64,000 bases of DNA from Gemmatimonadales bacterium (lineage in GTDB: Bacteria > Gemmatimonadota > Gemmatimonadetes > Gemmatimonadales > GWC2-71-9). Shown here piece by piece: positions 38,001 to 47,700 of the stretch. The first letter of the stretch is position 1. The number at the start of each line of letters is the position of its first letter. The position numbers were made by a program, and so were the translations under genes. The stretch spans positions 576,001 to 640,000 of the forward strand of contig JBBCJC010000005.1 of assembly GCA_037189525.1 (NCBI GenBank), given 5' to 3'. The notes under the pieces are model-generated. The model ran no database searches. It had not been told where the DNA came from and worked only from the letters and a program-made list of their open reading frames with translations.

Positions 38001-41000
38001 AACAACCAGGTCACCGTGGCGTCCGACGAAACGACCGGCGGTTTCGAAACCGCGCCGGCCAACAATGCAACCGACGAGAATACGACCGTCCGGAGCCGAG
38101 TCGACCTGCAGTTGGTGAGCAAGACGGCCTCGAGCGATTCGGTCGGGGTCCGGGTGCCGTTTACCTGGGACCTGGTGGTGCGGAACAATGTCGGCGCCGG
38201 ATTGGCCGAAGCCGATTCGGTCCAGGTATCCGACGTTCTGCCGGCCAACATGGAGTTGACCGGAGCCCCGTCGGTGGTGAGTGTCACCGGCGGCAGCATC
38301 ACCAACGGCGCCTGTTCCGGCGTAGCCGGTGAGACCAGCTTCGTCTGCCAGCTGGGCACGGTCGACAACGGCGCCGTGGTGACGATCCGGGTTCCGGTTC
38401 GTGCCCTGGCGGTTCCGGCGGCGCCCGGCATCATGACCAACAGCGCCACGATCAGTACGACCCTGTCGCTCGACATCGTGCCCGGCAACAACGGCGGGTC
38501 GGGCGACGTCACGATCGTCGGCAGCGCCGTCTCGGGCAGCGTCTTCCGCGACTTCGACGCCGACGGCGTCATCGACGGGACGGACACCGGGATCGATGCC
38601 ATCACCATGACCCTGACCGGCACCGCCTTCGACGCCACGCCGATCTCGGTCACCACGACCACCGACGCCACCGGGGCCTACGCCTTCAGCGGGCTTCCCG
38701 CCGGGACGTATACGATTACCCGAGGGACCGTCTCCGAAGCGCACCTCTCGGCAGGTACGCAGATCGTCGGCACTCGCGGCGGCAATGCCGCGACCCTGGG
38801 ATCGATCTCCGCCATTGCCCTCGGCGACGGGGTTACCGGGACCGGCTACCTGTTCCCCTTCGTTCCCGCGGCGCGAATCGGTGTGGCCAAGCAGCTGATG
38901 GCGGCGCCCACCGCCGGCGCCGACGGCAGCTTCACCGCGACATTCCAGGTCCGGGTCCAGAACTACGGGCTGGAAAACCTGACCGGCGTCACGGTGCGCG
39001 ATCCGCTGGCTGGCGCGGCCCCCAACTTCGGTAGCTTCGTGACAGGCGGGGCGGCCGCGGTATTGACCGCGGGCCAATACACTGTCGAGTCGGCCCCGAC
39101 CCTGGTCGGCGCCTGCGTCGGCGGCACGCCGAACGCCGGATTCACCGGCGACGCGGCTCCAGCGCTGCTGACGCTTGCCTCGCTTGCCGCGAACGGCGGA
39201 GCTTGTACGGTCAGCTTTGCCGTACGGTTCCTGCCAAGCTCGCCCTTCCCGGCCGGCGGGTACGCCAACCAGGCCAACGCCGACGGCACGGGTGAACTCT
39301 CCGGGCAGACCCCGAGCGATCAGTCGCACGACGGGGTCGATCCTGATCCGGACGGCAACGGCGTACCAACCGATAACAATGATCCGACCCCGGTGCCGGT
39401 CTCGCCGGTTGCCGACGTCACCACCGATGTCACCCTCCCGGCCTCGGCCAACGCGGCCGATACGGTGCTCGCAACCGTGCTCTTCCGGAATGCGGGTCCC
39501 TTCCCGGCCGACGGGGCGACCTACACTCTGACGATGACGACGGGTCTCACCGGCGTCAGCTTTGCGAACCTGCCGGCCGGCGCCACCGCGAGCTACGACG
39601 CGACGACCGGAACGGTCACCTTGACCGGAATGCCGACGACCATTCCCGCCGGCACGATCGTATCGGGGAACGGTACCGATCCCATCTCGATCACCTACGT
39701 CCAGCCGGGAAGCGGTACGAGTACCGTCTCGAGCGGCATCGGCACGACCACGAGCCAGGGCGCCAACGTCCTGCCTGACACCGACACCGCCACGGTGTCC
39801 GGTGGTCTGGTGGCCGACGTGACGACGACGGTGGACTTCCCCGCAACGGTCAATGCCGGAGGAACGGTGACCGGCACGGTCGTCTTCACCAACGTGGGGC
39901 CGTCGACCGCGTCCAACGTGACCTATACGCTCCAGCTCGAGCCGGGCCTGACCGGTGTCGTCATAGGGAACCTCCCGGGCGGCGCCAGCGCGAGCTACGA
40001 CCCGGGCACCGGTGTGGTCACGCTCACCGGCATGCCTGCGTCGTTGACGCCGGGACAGATCGCCTCGGGCAATGGCACGACCGGTATTACGGTCAGCTAC
40101 GTCCAGCCGGCCACCGGCACCAGTACGGTGGCGAGCGAGATTACCACGACGACTCCGGAACCCGCTGGCCACGCACCGAATCAGGACAGCGCAACGATCA
40201 GCGGCGTTCCGATTGCCGATGTGACGACCGCGATCAGCTTCCCGCCGGGCGGGAATGTGGTCAACGCCGGCGATACGGTGACGGCCATCGTGAGCTTCTC
40301 AAACAACGGACCGTCCGATGCCGCCGGTGTGACCTACCGGATTGCGCTGGAGCCGGGCCTCGATCCGGCGCAGGTGAGCTTCGACAACCTGCCGGCCGGT
40401 GTGACCGCCAGCTACGGTGCCGGAACCGGCGACGTGACCTTTACCGGGATGCCGGCCACGCTGACACCGGGGCAAATTGCCTCGGGCAACGGCACCAGCG
40501 GCATCGTGGTGCGTTACATCCAGACCGTCACGGCCGACAGCTGGGTCCGGAGCTACATCACGACCACGACCGACCAGGGTGCCAACCTGGCGCCGGACAT
40601 GGCCCAGGCGCCGACCAACGGCCTGGCCATCGCGGACGTGACGACGTCGCTCAGCTTCCCGCCGAACGCGAACGCGGGCGAGACGGTCTCCGGTACGGTC
40701 CGCTTCACCAACCTCGGTCCGTCACCTGCGCAGAACGTCCTGTACGGCCTGCAGCTTTCGACCGGCTTGACCGGCGTCAGCTTCGGCAATCTGCCGGCGG
40801 GCGCCAGCGCCAGCTACGACCCCACGACGGGAACCGTCACCTTCACCGGCATGCCTGGTACGCTGAACCCGGGCCAGATCGCGTCCGGCGACGGCACCAC
40901 GTTCATCACCGTGGAGTATGTCCAGCCGGCCAGCGCCACCAGCGCGATCACCAGCACGATCGCGACCTCCACCGACGAAGGCGCCAACATCGGGCCGAAC

Positions 41001-44000
41001 CTGGCCACGGCCACGGTGGTCGGTAGTCCGATTGCCGACGTGACGACAAGCGTCGCCTTCCCGGCTACCGCCAACCCGGGGCAGCCGGTCAACGGAACGG
41101 TCATCTTCACCAACGCCGGTCCGTCGCCGGCCGCCAACGTCGGCTACACGCTGACGCTGACGCCCGGACTCACCGGCGTCGTGATCGGCAACCTGCCGGC
41201 CGGCGCAACCGCAAGCTACGACGCCACCACCGGAGTCGTGACGCTGACCGGGATGCCGGCCACGCTCATTCCCGGCCAGATCGCATCCGGCAACGGGACC
41301 AGCGGCATCACGGTCCAGTATACGCAGCCGGCGAGCGGGGTGAGCCAGATCAATACGGGCATCACCACCACGACCGATCAGGGCGCCAATCTGCTGCCTG
41401 ATACTGCGCAGGCGACGGTCGAGGGTCAGCTCGCCGATGTGACCACGTCGATCGTCCTGACTCCGACGGCCAACGCCGGCGATCCGGTTGTCGCCACGGT
41501 GCGCTTCCAGAACCTGGGACCGTCCATCGCACGTAGCGTGACCTATCGGATCACGCTGGTACCCGGTCTCACGGATGTCACGTTCGCCAACCTGGTCCCG
41601 GGCGCGACGGCCGTCTACAACGCCGTCACGGGCGAGGTGACCTTCACCGGCATGCCCCCGGCACTGACGCCGGGACAGATCGCCTCGGGCGACGGTGTGA
41701 ACGGGATCGAGGTCCGCTATACGCAGCCGGCGTCGGGCACGAGCCGAGTGACGAGCCACATCCGCACCGGAACCGATCAGGGCGCGAATGTGGCGCCCGA
41801 CGATGCGGAGGCCGTCGTCAGCGGCTCGCTGGTTGCCGACCTGGTGACGACCAAGACCGCGCCGACCGGCCCTGTTACCGCCGGCGCCGACGTGACCTAT
41901 CTGGTTCGGGTCGAGAACCGCGGGCCGTCCGACGTGCCCGCCGGCAGCCGGCTGACGGACACCCCGTCCGGTCTGACGCTGACGGCCGTGGCCTGCAGCG
42001 GCGCTACCGGTAACCTGTGCTCGACGGCGCCGACGGCCGCGCAGCTGACCGCGGGCGCTGTCCTGCCCGCGTTGCCCGCTACCCGGTTCTACGAGCTGTC
42101 GGTCACGGCACGGGTGCTCGGCAATGTCATGACGGCGACCAATACGGCCGCGGTCGTCGGACCGCCCACCGTGGTCGATCCGACGCCAGGCAATGACACT
42201 TCGACCGTCACGCGTCCGGTAACGCACGCGCCGGCGATCGGGATTGCGAAGCAACTGACGCACCGGGAAACGCTGGCCGGCGGCGGGCTCCGCGTCCGGT
42301 TCAGCATGCTGGTGCGCAACTATGGCACCGAACCCCTCGACGGCGTCCGGGTGACCGATGCGCTGGCAGGGTCTGCCGGCGGGACGTTCGGTACGCTGCA
42401 ACCTTCGGGCGTGCTCGCGGCCGGCACCTATCGGGTCGTCTCGGTCACCGCCAACGGGCTACTCCCCAACCCGGCCTTCGACGGCGACGGCAACCTCCTG
42501 CTGGCGAGCGGATCGCTCCCGGTCGGAGCGAGCGGCACGATCGAACTGACCGTGGACGTCGTCCCGCAGGCGGCCGATCGGGCCATTCTGAACGTGGCGC
42601 GAGCCGTGGGCACCGGTGCGACGAGCGGCACTCCGACGGAGGACGTCTCGCAGGACGGCACCGACCCTGATCCGGACGGGAATGGCGATCCGACCGACAA
42701 CGACGATCCGACTCCGGTTCCGGTTCCCGCCATTGCGGTCGTCAAATCGCTGGTGACGGTCGAGAACGCCGGGAACGGCCGTTACGACGCAACCTTCGCG
42801 ATCGTGGTGCGGAATGCCGGGACGGGACCGCTCACCATGGTTCAGGTCACGGATCGCCTGACGGCGTTCGGCAGCTACACCACCGAGGCGATGCCCGGCC
42901 CCGGCCAGTACACCGTGGTCGGCGCTCCGGTCATCACCAATGCGTTGAACGGCGCGTCGCTGACCGCGCAGCCGGCGGGCGTCTTTACCGGCGCCGATGC
43001 GAACATTGGCTTGCTGATTCCGGCCAGCAGTGTGCTGCCGCAAGGTCCGCCGAACGCGTCGAGCGCGGAAGTGCGCTTTACCGTGCGCTTCTTCCCGACC
43101 AACACCGGACCGTTCCGGAACGCGGCAGCGGCCGAGGCTGAAGGCCCGGGCGGCATCCCGGTTACCGGCGAAACCGAAACGCCGACGGAGGTACCGATCG
43201 AGCATCAGAGCATCGGTCTCGCCAAGTCTGCAGGCACTCCGGTCCAGACCGGCGACGGGCGCTTCCTGATCCCCTACCGGATCACGGTTCGCAACATGAG
43301 CAGCACCGTGACGGCGACGAACGTCCAGGTTCGTGACGACCTCACGGCCACATTCCCGAACGCCGTCTCGATCGTGATCCAGAGCGCCGCGCGCGTTACC
43401 GCGTGCACCGGGACGACCCTGGCGGTGGCCTCACCGGCGTTCGACGGAACCACTCAGACCGCCCTCCTCGCGGGCAATCAGTCGCTCGAGCCCGGAACGC
43501 AGTGCGTCATCGAGTTCTCGGTCGAAGTCGACTACGGCGTGGTCGCGCTGCCTGCGCAGCCGACGATCAATCGCGCCGAAGGCTCGACCTCCGGCACGCC
43601 CGGCGGACCCCCGATCGTGACGGATGGTTCGCAGAACGGCGACGATCCGGATCCGGACGGCGACGGCGATCCGACCAACAATGACGAGGGGACGCCCGTC
43701 ACGCTGACGCCGGACGAGCCGGCTCCGGTGGGCGCGTTCCAGATCGTCAAGACAAGTTCGCTCGTCAACGTCGCGGTCGGCCAGCTGGTGCCGTACACCA
43801 TCACGGTCACCAACATCTCGTCGGTGAACGTGCCGGATGCGCAGATTCGGGATCTGATCCCGGCCGGCTTCCGGTATCGGACCGGCACGGGCTCGGTCGA
43901 CGGCGTTCCGCGTGAACCGACCGTGAATGGACGGGCCCTGATCTGGGATAACCTGGCCTTCCGGCCCGGCCAGACGCGGGTGATCCGCCTGGTCCTGATG

Positions 44001-44726
44001 GTTGGCGCCGGAGTACAGACCGGTGAATACACCAACATCGCGCAGGTGTTCGATCCGGCCCCGCCGCCCACGAATCCGCTATCGGAAGTGGCCATGGCGA
44101 CGGTGCGAGTCGTGCCTGATCCGGTATTCGAGTGCTCGGACATCATCGGCAAGGTGTTCGACGACCGGAACGGCAACGGCGTCCAGGACCCGGGTGAACC
44201 CGGTCTGGCAAGCATCCGCGTCGCCACCGTGCGCGGCTGGCTGGTGACGACCGATGCCGACGGCCGGTACCACATCGCGTGCGCGGCATATCCCGACCGG
44301 GATCGCGGCAGCAACTTCGTCGTCAAGCTCGATGATGCGAGCCTGCCCACCGGCTACGCGACGACCAGCGAGAATCCGCGGGCCGTGCGCGTCACTCAGG
44401 GTAAGGTGACCGAGGTGAACTTCGGTGTCGCCCTGCCCCGAACGCTCCGGGTGGAAATGCGGGACGAAGCGTTCGAAGGCCGGACCACCGAGCTCGCCAC
44501 CGACTGGCGCGCATCGCTCGGTACGCTGCAGGACGATATCCGCGGCCGCGCGGCGGTGATCGAGTTGATCTACCGCGCCGGAACGGACGATCCACAACTG
44601 GCCCGCGCCCGACTCAAGGCGGTCGCGGACTACATACGAACACAGTGGCGACAGGAGCCGCTCAGGCATGTGGTGCGCATCGAAGAGGTCCTGGAGATGA
44701 CGAGCGGTCGGGAGGGCGGACGATGA
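35085..44726 (+). CDS. Giant (~3200 aa) secreted DUF11-repeat / SdrD-B-like surface protein (putative adhesin)
   Basis: ORF is open from 34896; start uncertain (GTG 35085 chosen). Signal peptide ending PAAA-Q; repeated DL...K...G....Y...V.N.GP..A..V...D.LP units; two SdrD-B-like domains (G.VF.D...G..D); Thr/Gly/Ala/Val-rich. Confidence 0.88.
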   Translation: MAITDHRHIALRSPASSGTGAQLLRRWAQRGLLLAGLFAGTAFVAPAAAQNVDLVLNISDAPDPAIAGAVVTYAVRVTNDAVATTATGVSVAVTVPAGFLYEGINAPGGVACSGMATGGAGPGALTCTVPNLAANGEIDFDLLLRTTQMGTPSVTFVVSGDQNDPDGGNNTVIEQTTVTAGSDMYVTIAGPATIAAGSQASYSLTVGNLGPNTTAGAISVQYPVPTGFTLTGGLPGGCSLSAGTITCAVAGPIVSGGSTVVGPFTGVISAASPSTVTHLASVTSTQDPISVNNADDHNTAVTAGSDLALTKVRSIGGPYLVGDTLDFVLTPTFTGDVPFGLQVVDVVPGNYTILTGQFAATQGAWSCGVAGQTVTCTRGSGGLSAGFEVPLGPITIPVVIASAGVGIQNTATITSSSPGDPAPGNNTATDGPINLETPFADLTILKTAPRPALTVTGVPFDFTIIAGNRGPSGFTGTLVVTDQVPVGLTVQAITAPGWTCTPPSPLPLAGPFDLVCERDYPAGTPLPAGADAPGIVVTTFATQTGALLNTGVVSSRNAGVPDNDLTNNTHSVPVTASPGLDAADIRILKSVIGPTPVPAGEQLSYRLEVVNTGPATATTVYLYDVFDALIDNQVGASRGYVGETITPGIVAPGTIACSTAVEGALSRALTCEIPTLPVCTAGVDCPVFEVMVRPSIATTGSRTNTAAGASFTTADPDVSNNTATATSQVDARADITITKVGTPTPVPAGQGLEYVLTAVNNGPSSAENVIVVDSLPLGVRFISATASTGSCATTPGVGTTTSAGNRVISCSLGTLAWDTQETITIRVRPTYPTYNSTIGNVATVTTTTTEPAAPGATNNRATFDAAVGAPQVDLLVNKVDLLDPLTVGDSTAYRIIVTNNGPSDAENVVITDQMPAGGLSYQRHLITSGGSCGTLPAVGAVGGQAVCQIPRLEAGRSDTLHVVMLGVTSGIWNNQVTVASDETTGGFETAPANNATDENTTVRSRVDLQLVSKTASSDSVGVRVPFTWDLVVRNNVGAGLAEADSVQVSDVLPANMELTGAPSVVSVTGGSITNGACSGVAGETSFVCQLGTVDNGAVVTIRVPVRALAVPAAPGIMTNSATISTTLSLDIVPGNNGGSGDVTIVGSAVSGSVFRDFDADGVIDGTDTGIDAITMTLTGTAFDATPISVTTTTDATGAYAFSGLPAGTYTITRGTVSEAHLSAGTQIVGTRGGNAATLGSISAIALGDGVTGTGYLFPFVPAARIGVAKQLMAAPTAGADGSFTATFQVRVQNYGLENLTGVTVRDPLAGAAPNFGSFVTGGAAAVLTAGQYTVESAPTLVGACVGGTPNAGFTGDAAPALLTLASLAANGGACTVSFAVRFLPSSPFPAGGYANQANADGTGELSGQTPSDQSHDGVDPDPDGNGVPTDNNDPTPVPVSPVADVTTDVTLPASANAADTVLATVLFRNAGPFPADGATYTLTMTTGLTGVSFANLPAGATASYDATTGTVTLTGMPTTIPAGTIVSGNGTDPISITYVQPGSGTSTVSSGIGTTTSQGANVLPDTDTATVSGGLVADVTTTVDFPATVNAGGTVTGTVVFTNVGPSTASNVTYTLQLEPGLTGVVIGNLPGGASASYDPGTGVVTLTGMPASLTPGQIASGNGTTGITVSYVQPATGTSTVASEITTTTPEPAGHAPNQDSATISGVPIADVTTAISFPPGGNVVNAGDTVTAIVSFSNNGPSDAAGVTYRIALEPGLDPAQVSFDNLPAGVTASYGAGTGDVTFTGMPATLTPGQIASGNGTSGIVVRYIQTVTADSWVRSYITTTTDQGANLAPDMAQAPTNGLAIADVTTSLSFPPNANAGETVSGTVRFTNLGPSPAQNVLYGLQLSTGLTGVSFGNLPAGASASYDPTTGTVTFTGMPGTLNPGQIASGDGTTFITVEYVQPASATSAITSTIATSTDEGANIGPNLATATVVGSPIADVTTSVAFPATANPGQPVNGTVIFTNAGPSPAANVGYTLTLTPGLTGVVIGNLPAGATASYDATTGVVTLTGMPATLIPGQIASGNGTSGITVQYTQPASGVSQINTGITTTTDQGANLLPDTAQATVEGQLADVTTSIVLTPTANAGDPVVATVRFQNLGPSIARSVTYRITLVPGLTDVTFANLVPGATAVYNAVTGEVTFTGMPPALTPGQIASGDGVNGIEVRYTQPASGTSRVTSHIRTGTDQGANVAPDDAEAVVSGSLVADLVTTKTAPTGPVTAGADVTYLVRVENRGPSDVPAGSRLTDTPSGLTLTAVACSGATGNLCSTAPTAAQLTAGAVLPALPATRFYELSVTARVLGNVMTATNTAAVVGPPTVVDPTPGNDTSTVTRPVTHAPAIGIAKQLTHRETLAGGGLRVRFSMLVRNYGTEPLDGVRVTDALAGSAGGTFGTLQPSGVLAAGTYRVVSVTANGLLPNPAFDGDGNLLLASGSLPVGASGTIELTVDVVPQAADRAILNVARAVGTGATSGTPTEDVSQDGTDPDPDGNGDPTDNDDPTPVPVPAIAVVKSLVTVENAGNGRYDATFAIVVRNAGTGPLTMVQVTDRLTAFGSYTTEAMPGPGQYTVVGAPVITNALNGASLTAQPAGVFTGADANIGLLIPASSVLPQGPPNASSAEVRFTVRFFPTNTGPFRNAAAAEAEGPGGIPVTGETETPTEVPIEHQSIGLAKSAGTPVQTGDGRFLIPYRITVRNMSSTVTATNVQVRDDLTATFPNAVSIVIQSAARVTACTGTTLAVASPAFDGTTQTALLAGNQSLEPGTQCVIEFSVEVDYGVVALPAQPTINRAEGSTSGTPGGPPIVTDGSQNGDDPDPDGDGDPTNNDEGTPVTLTPDEPAPVGAFQIVKTSSLVNVAVGQLVPYTITVTNISSVNVPDAQIRDLIPAGFRYRTGTGSVDGVPREPTVNGRALIWDNLAFRPGQTRVIRLVLMVGAGVQTGEYTNIAQVFDPAPPPTNPLSEVAMATVRVVPDPVFECSDIIGKVFDDRNGNGVQDPGEPGLASIRVATVRGWLVTTDADGRYHIACAAYPDRDRGSNFVVKLDDASLPTGYATTSENPRAVRVTQGKVTEVNFGVALPRTLRVEMRDEAFEGRTTELATDWRASLGTLQDDIRGRAAVIELIYRAGTDDPQLARARLKAVADYIRTQWRQEPLRHVVRIEEVLEMTSGREGGR
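39411..41834 (+). repeat. Six tandem ~134-aa (~402-bp) ADVTT repeats within the giant protein
   Basis: Unit starts at 39411, 39813, 40215, 40632, 41034, 41433; consensus ADVTT...F.N.GPS...Y.L.L.PGLTGV...NLPAGA.ASYD..TG.VT.TGMP..L.PGQIASGNG...I.V.Y.QP. Confidence 0.95.
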
Positions 44727-47700
44727 ACCGCCATTGGGATGTGACCGTTTGGTCAGCACTCGTCCTGGGCCTTGGCACGGCGACGATCGCGAGTCCGCTC
44801 GCGGGTCAGGACCGGAAACCGTGTCCGCCAGCCGAACGGCCGGCGGGAACCCCGCTGCCGTTCCGGGTCACCGTCGACGGCGAGCCTCGGGTTCGCAGCG
44901 ACGTGATGCACGACGAGGACCGGACGCGCTGCGAAGATTCCGCCCTCGAACGGGCGAATATTCAGGTACGTGCCGATCTCCGGGAACGTACCCCGGTGCT
45001 CAACCTGACCGCTCCGCGGTCTGCGCTGCGCAATCAACCGGTGATGTTCACCGGCTATAGCAACTACGCCGCCTGGATCGCTCGATCCGAGCTGCGCATC
45101 CTCCCGGCGGAGGGCTCGACCGGCGCGCCGCCCCTCGCGGTGGCAGCATCGACCGATCCGAACACCCTGCAGTTCCGCTGGACGGTGCAGTTGCCGGAGA
45201 GCATCGAGCAGGTCCGTTATGTCCTTCGCGTCTACGATCGGGAAGGACGGTTCGACGAAACGGCGCCCAAGACGCTCGCCATCGTCGACCGGATCCGGAC
45301 CGAGAGCGACCGGGAGTCGGATGAACGCGAATCGCTGGTGGGTTACGGCGAGAACCACCGGTCGGTCATCAACATTCCGGTGGTTGGCGCCGCGATCACG
45401 GTCAACGGCGATCAGTTCGACGCGAAGGCGCGGGTAACCGTGTTCGGACGGACCGTGTCGGTGGCCGAGAACGGTCGCTTTGCCGCTCGCGAGATCATGC
45501 CGGTCGGTACGCATACCGTGACCATCATGGTGGAACAGGACGGCGCCCGTCACGAACTGACCCGGACGGTCGAGTTGCCGCAACGCGACTGGTTCCATCT
45601 GGCGGTGGCCGACTTCACGCTGGGTAAGAACTCGGTCACGGGTCCGGCGGCACTGGTCACCGGTCAGGATACCCGGCGCTATCGCGGGCAGCAGTATCTC
45701 GACGGCCGCCTGGGCTTCTACCTCAAGGGCGATCTCGGGTCCGAGACCGTCCTGACCGCCAGCGCGGACACCCGCGAGCAACCGATCGAGGACCTGTTCT
45801 CGAACTTCGGCGCGCGGGATCCGATGGCCCTGCTCCGCCGGCTCGACGTGAACTACTCCTATCCGGTCTACGGCGACGATGGGGTCCTGATCGACGATGC
45901 GCCGACCCAGGGCAAGTTCCACGTCCGCCTGGAACGGCACGATTCGCATCTGATGTGGGGCAGCTTTCAGACGCCGGTGACGGGCACCGATCTGGTCCGG
46001 TTCAATCGCGGCCTCTATGGCGGTGAGCTGCAGCTGCGCGCGCTGGGGTCGACCCAGTTCGGCGAGCGGCGCACGCGCGCCAACGTCTTCGCTGCCGATC
46101 CGGGCACGGCCGGCGCCCGCGACGAGTTCCGCGCCACCGGCGGTTCCCTCTACTACCTGCGCAATCAGGATGTCCTGCTCGGCTCCGAACAGGTCATGGT
46201 CGAGGTGCGCGATCGCGAATCGGGGCTGGTCCTCGAATCGACGACGCTGGTGCCGACGCAGGACTACGAGCTCAATGCCTTGCAGGGCCGCGTCGTGCTT
46301 CGCGCGCCGCTGTCCTCGATCGCGGAATCGCATGGCCTGGTGCGCACAGGCGCCCTGAGCGGCAACCCGGTGTACCTGGTGGTCGCGTACGAGCACACCC
46401 CGATGGGTATCCGGCTCGACAACTTCACCACCGGCGGGCGCGTCGCCCAATGGGTCGGCGATCACGTTCAGCTCGGCCTGACCGGCTACAAACAGGATGG
46501 TCTCGATCTCGGCCAGGAGCTCCTGGCCGGCGACGTGACTCTTCGCTACCGCCCCGGTACGTTCGTCACGGTGGAACGGGCCCGCTCGGAAGGACGCGGA
46601 ACCCAGGCCATGCGGTCGATCGACGGCGGCTTTGCCTTCACCCCCATCGCCAGCTCGGCAACCACGGCCTCGAAAGCCAACGCCAGCCGGGTCGAGGTCG
46701 GGATGGATCTGGCCGAGTTGAGCGGTGGCACCTCGCGCGGCCATGTCGGCCTCTACTGGCAGGATCGCGGCAACGGATTCTCCGCCCCGGGCCAACTCTC
46801 GACCGAGGCGACTCGGCAGGGCGGCAGCCAGCTGAGCATTCCGCTCAGCGACCAGGTGGCGGTCAGCGCCAAGGCCGATCTGCGTGAAGGCGATCTGTCC
46901 GGCAGCGCCCGCTCCCTGGAGTTCGGGACCGATCTCGGCCTCTCGCGCAACGTTCTGCTCCAGGGTGGCGTCCGCCACGAGCGCCGGGAAACCGGTCTGC
47001 TCGGCGGCAGCAGTGCGCTGCTCTCGGAAGTCGGCCAGCGCACCGACCTGATTGGCGTGCTGGGGTATCAGCCGGTCGACTCGCTTGGTGCGCCGCGCGG
47101 GTACAGCGTCTACGGGTTGCTCCAGGGCACCGTGAGTCGCGACGACAGCCGCAGCACCAACGATCGCTACGGCGTCGGTGGCAGGTTGCGGTTGTCGGAT
47201 CGGGTTGCCCTCTCGACGGAGGTGACCGATGGTACCGGCGGGATGGGCGGCAAGGTCGAGTCCGAGTTCCAGGTCTCCGACCGGACCAGCCTCTACCTCA
47301 ACTACCTGATGGACACCGACCGCGCCGACCAGGGATATCGCGGCCGGACCGGCAACCTGAGCGCCGGCGGGCGAGTCCGGTACTCCGAGGCCGTCAGCCT
47401 CTTTGCGGAGCGGCGGCAGCAATCGTCCGAGGCCGGCCCGTCCGGGCTGATCCATGCCTTCGGATTGGACCTGGCACCGTCGGACCGCTGGAGCTGGGGC
47501 CTCAAGCTGGAAGGTGGCACCATTGCCGATCCGAACTACGGCGATGTGGATCGGAAGGCGGCCTCCATCTTTGCCGGATACGCGACCGAGCGGCTCCGCT
47601 GGGGTGGCGCACTCGAGTACCGGACGGAAAAGACCGATCAGGTGGCAAAGCGGGTATCCTGGTTGAGCCGGAACAACGTCGGCGTCCAGCTGTCGGACGG

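Noticed and set aside
36606..40172. 1188-aa ORF on the minus strand
   Set aside because: Antisense shadow of the giant adhesin; Arg/Gly-rich with no motifs, as expected from high-GC codon bias.
39411..41834. Repeats considered as a CRISPR array or DGR template/variable repeats
   Set aside because: In-frame ~400-bp protein repeats with synonymous divergence; no spacers, no evident adenine-specific variation, no cas or RT gene.
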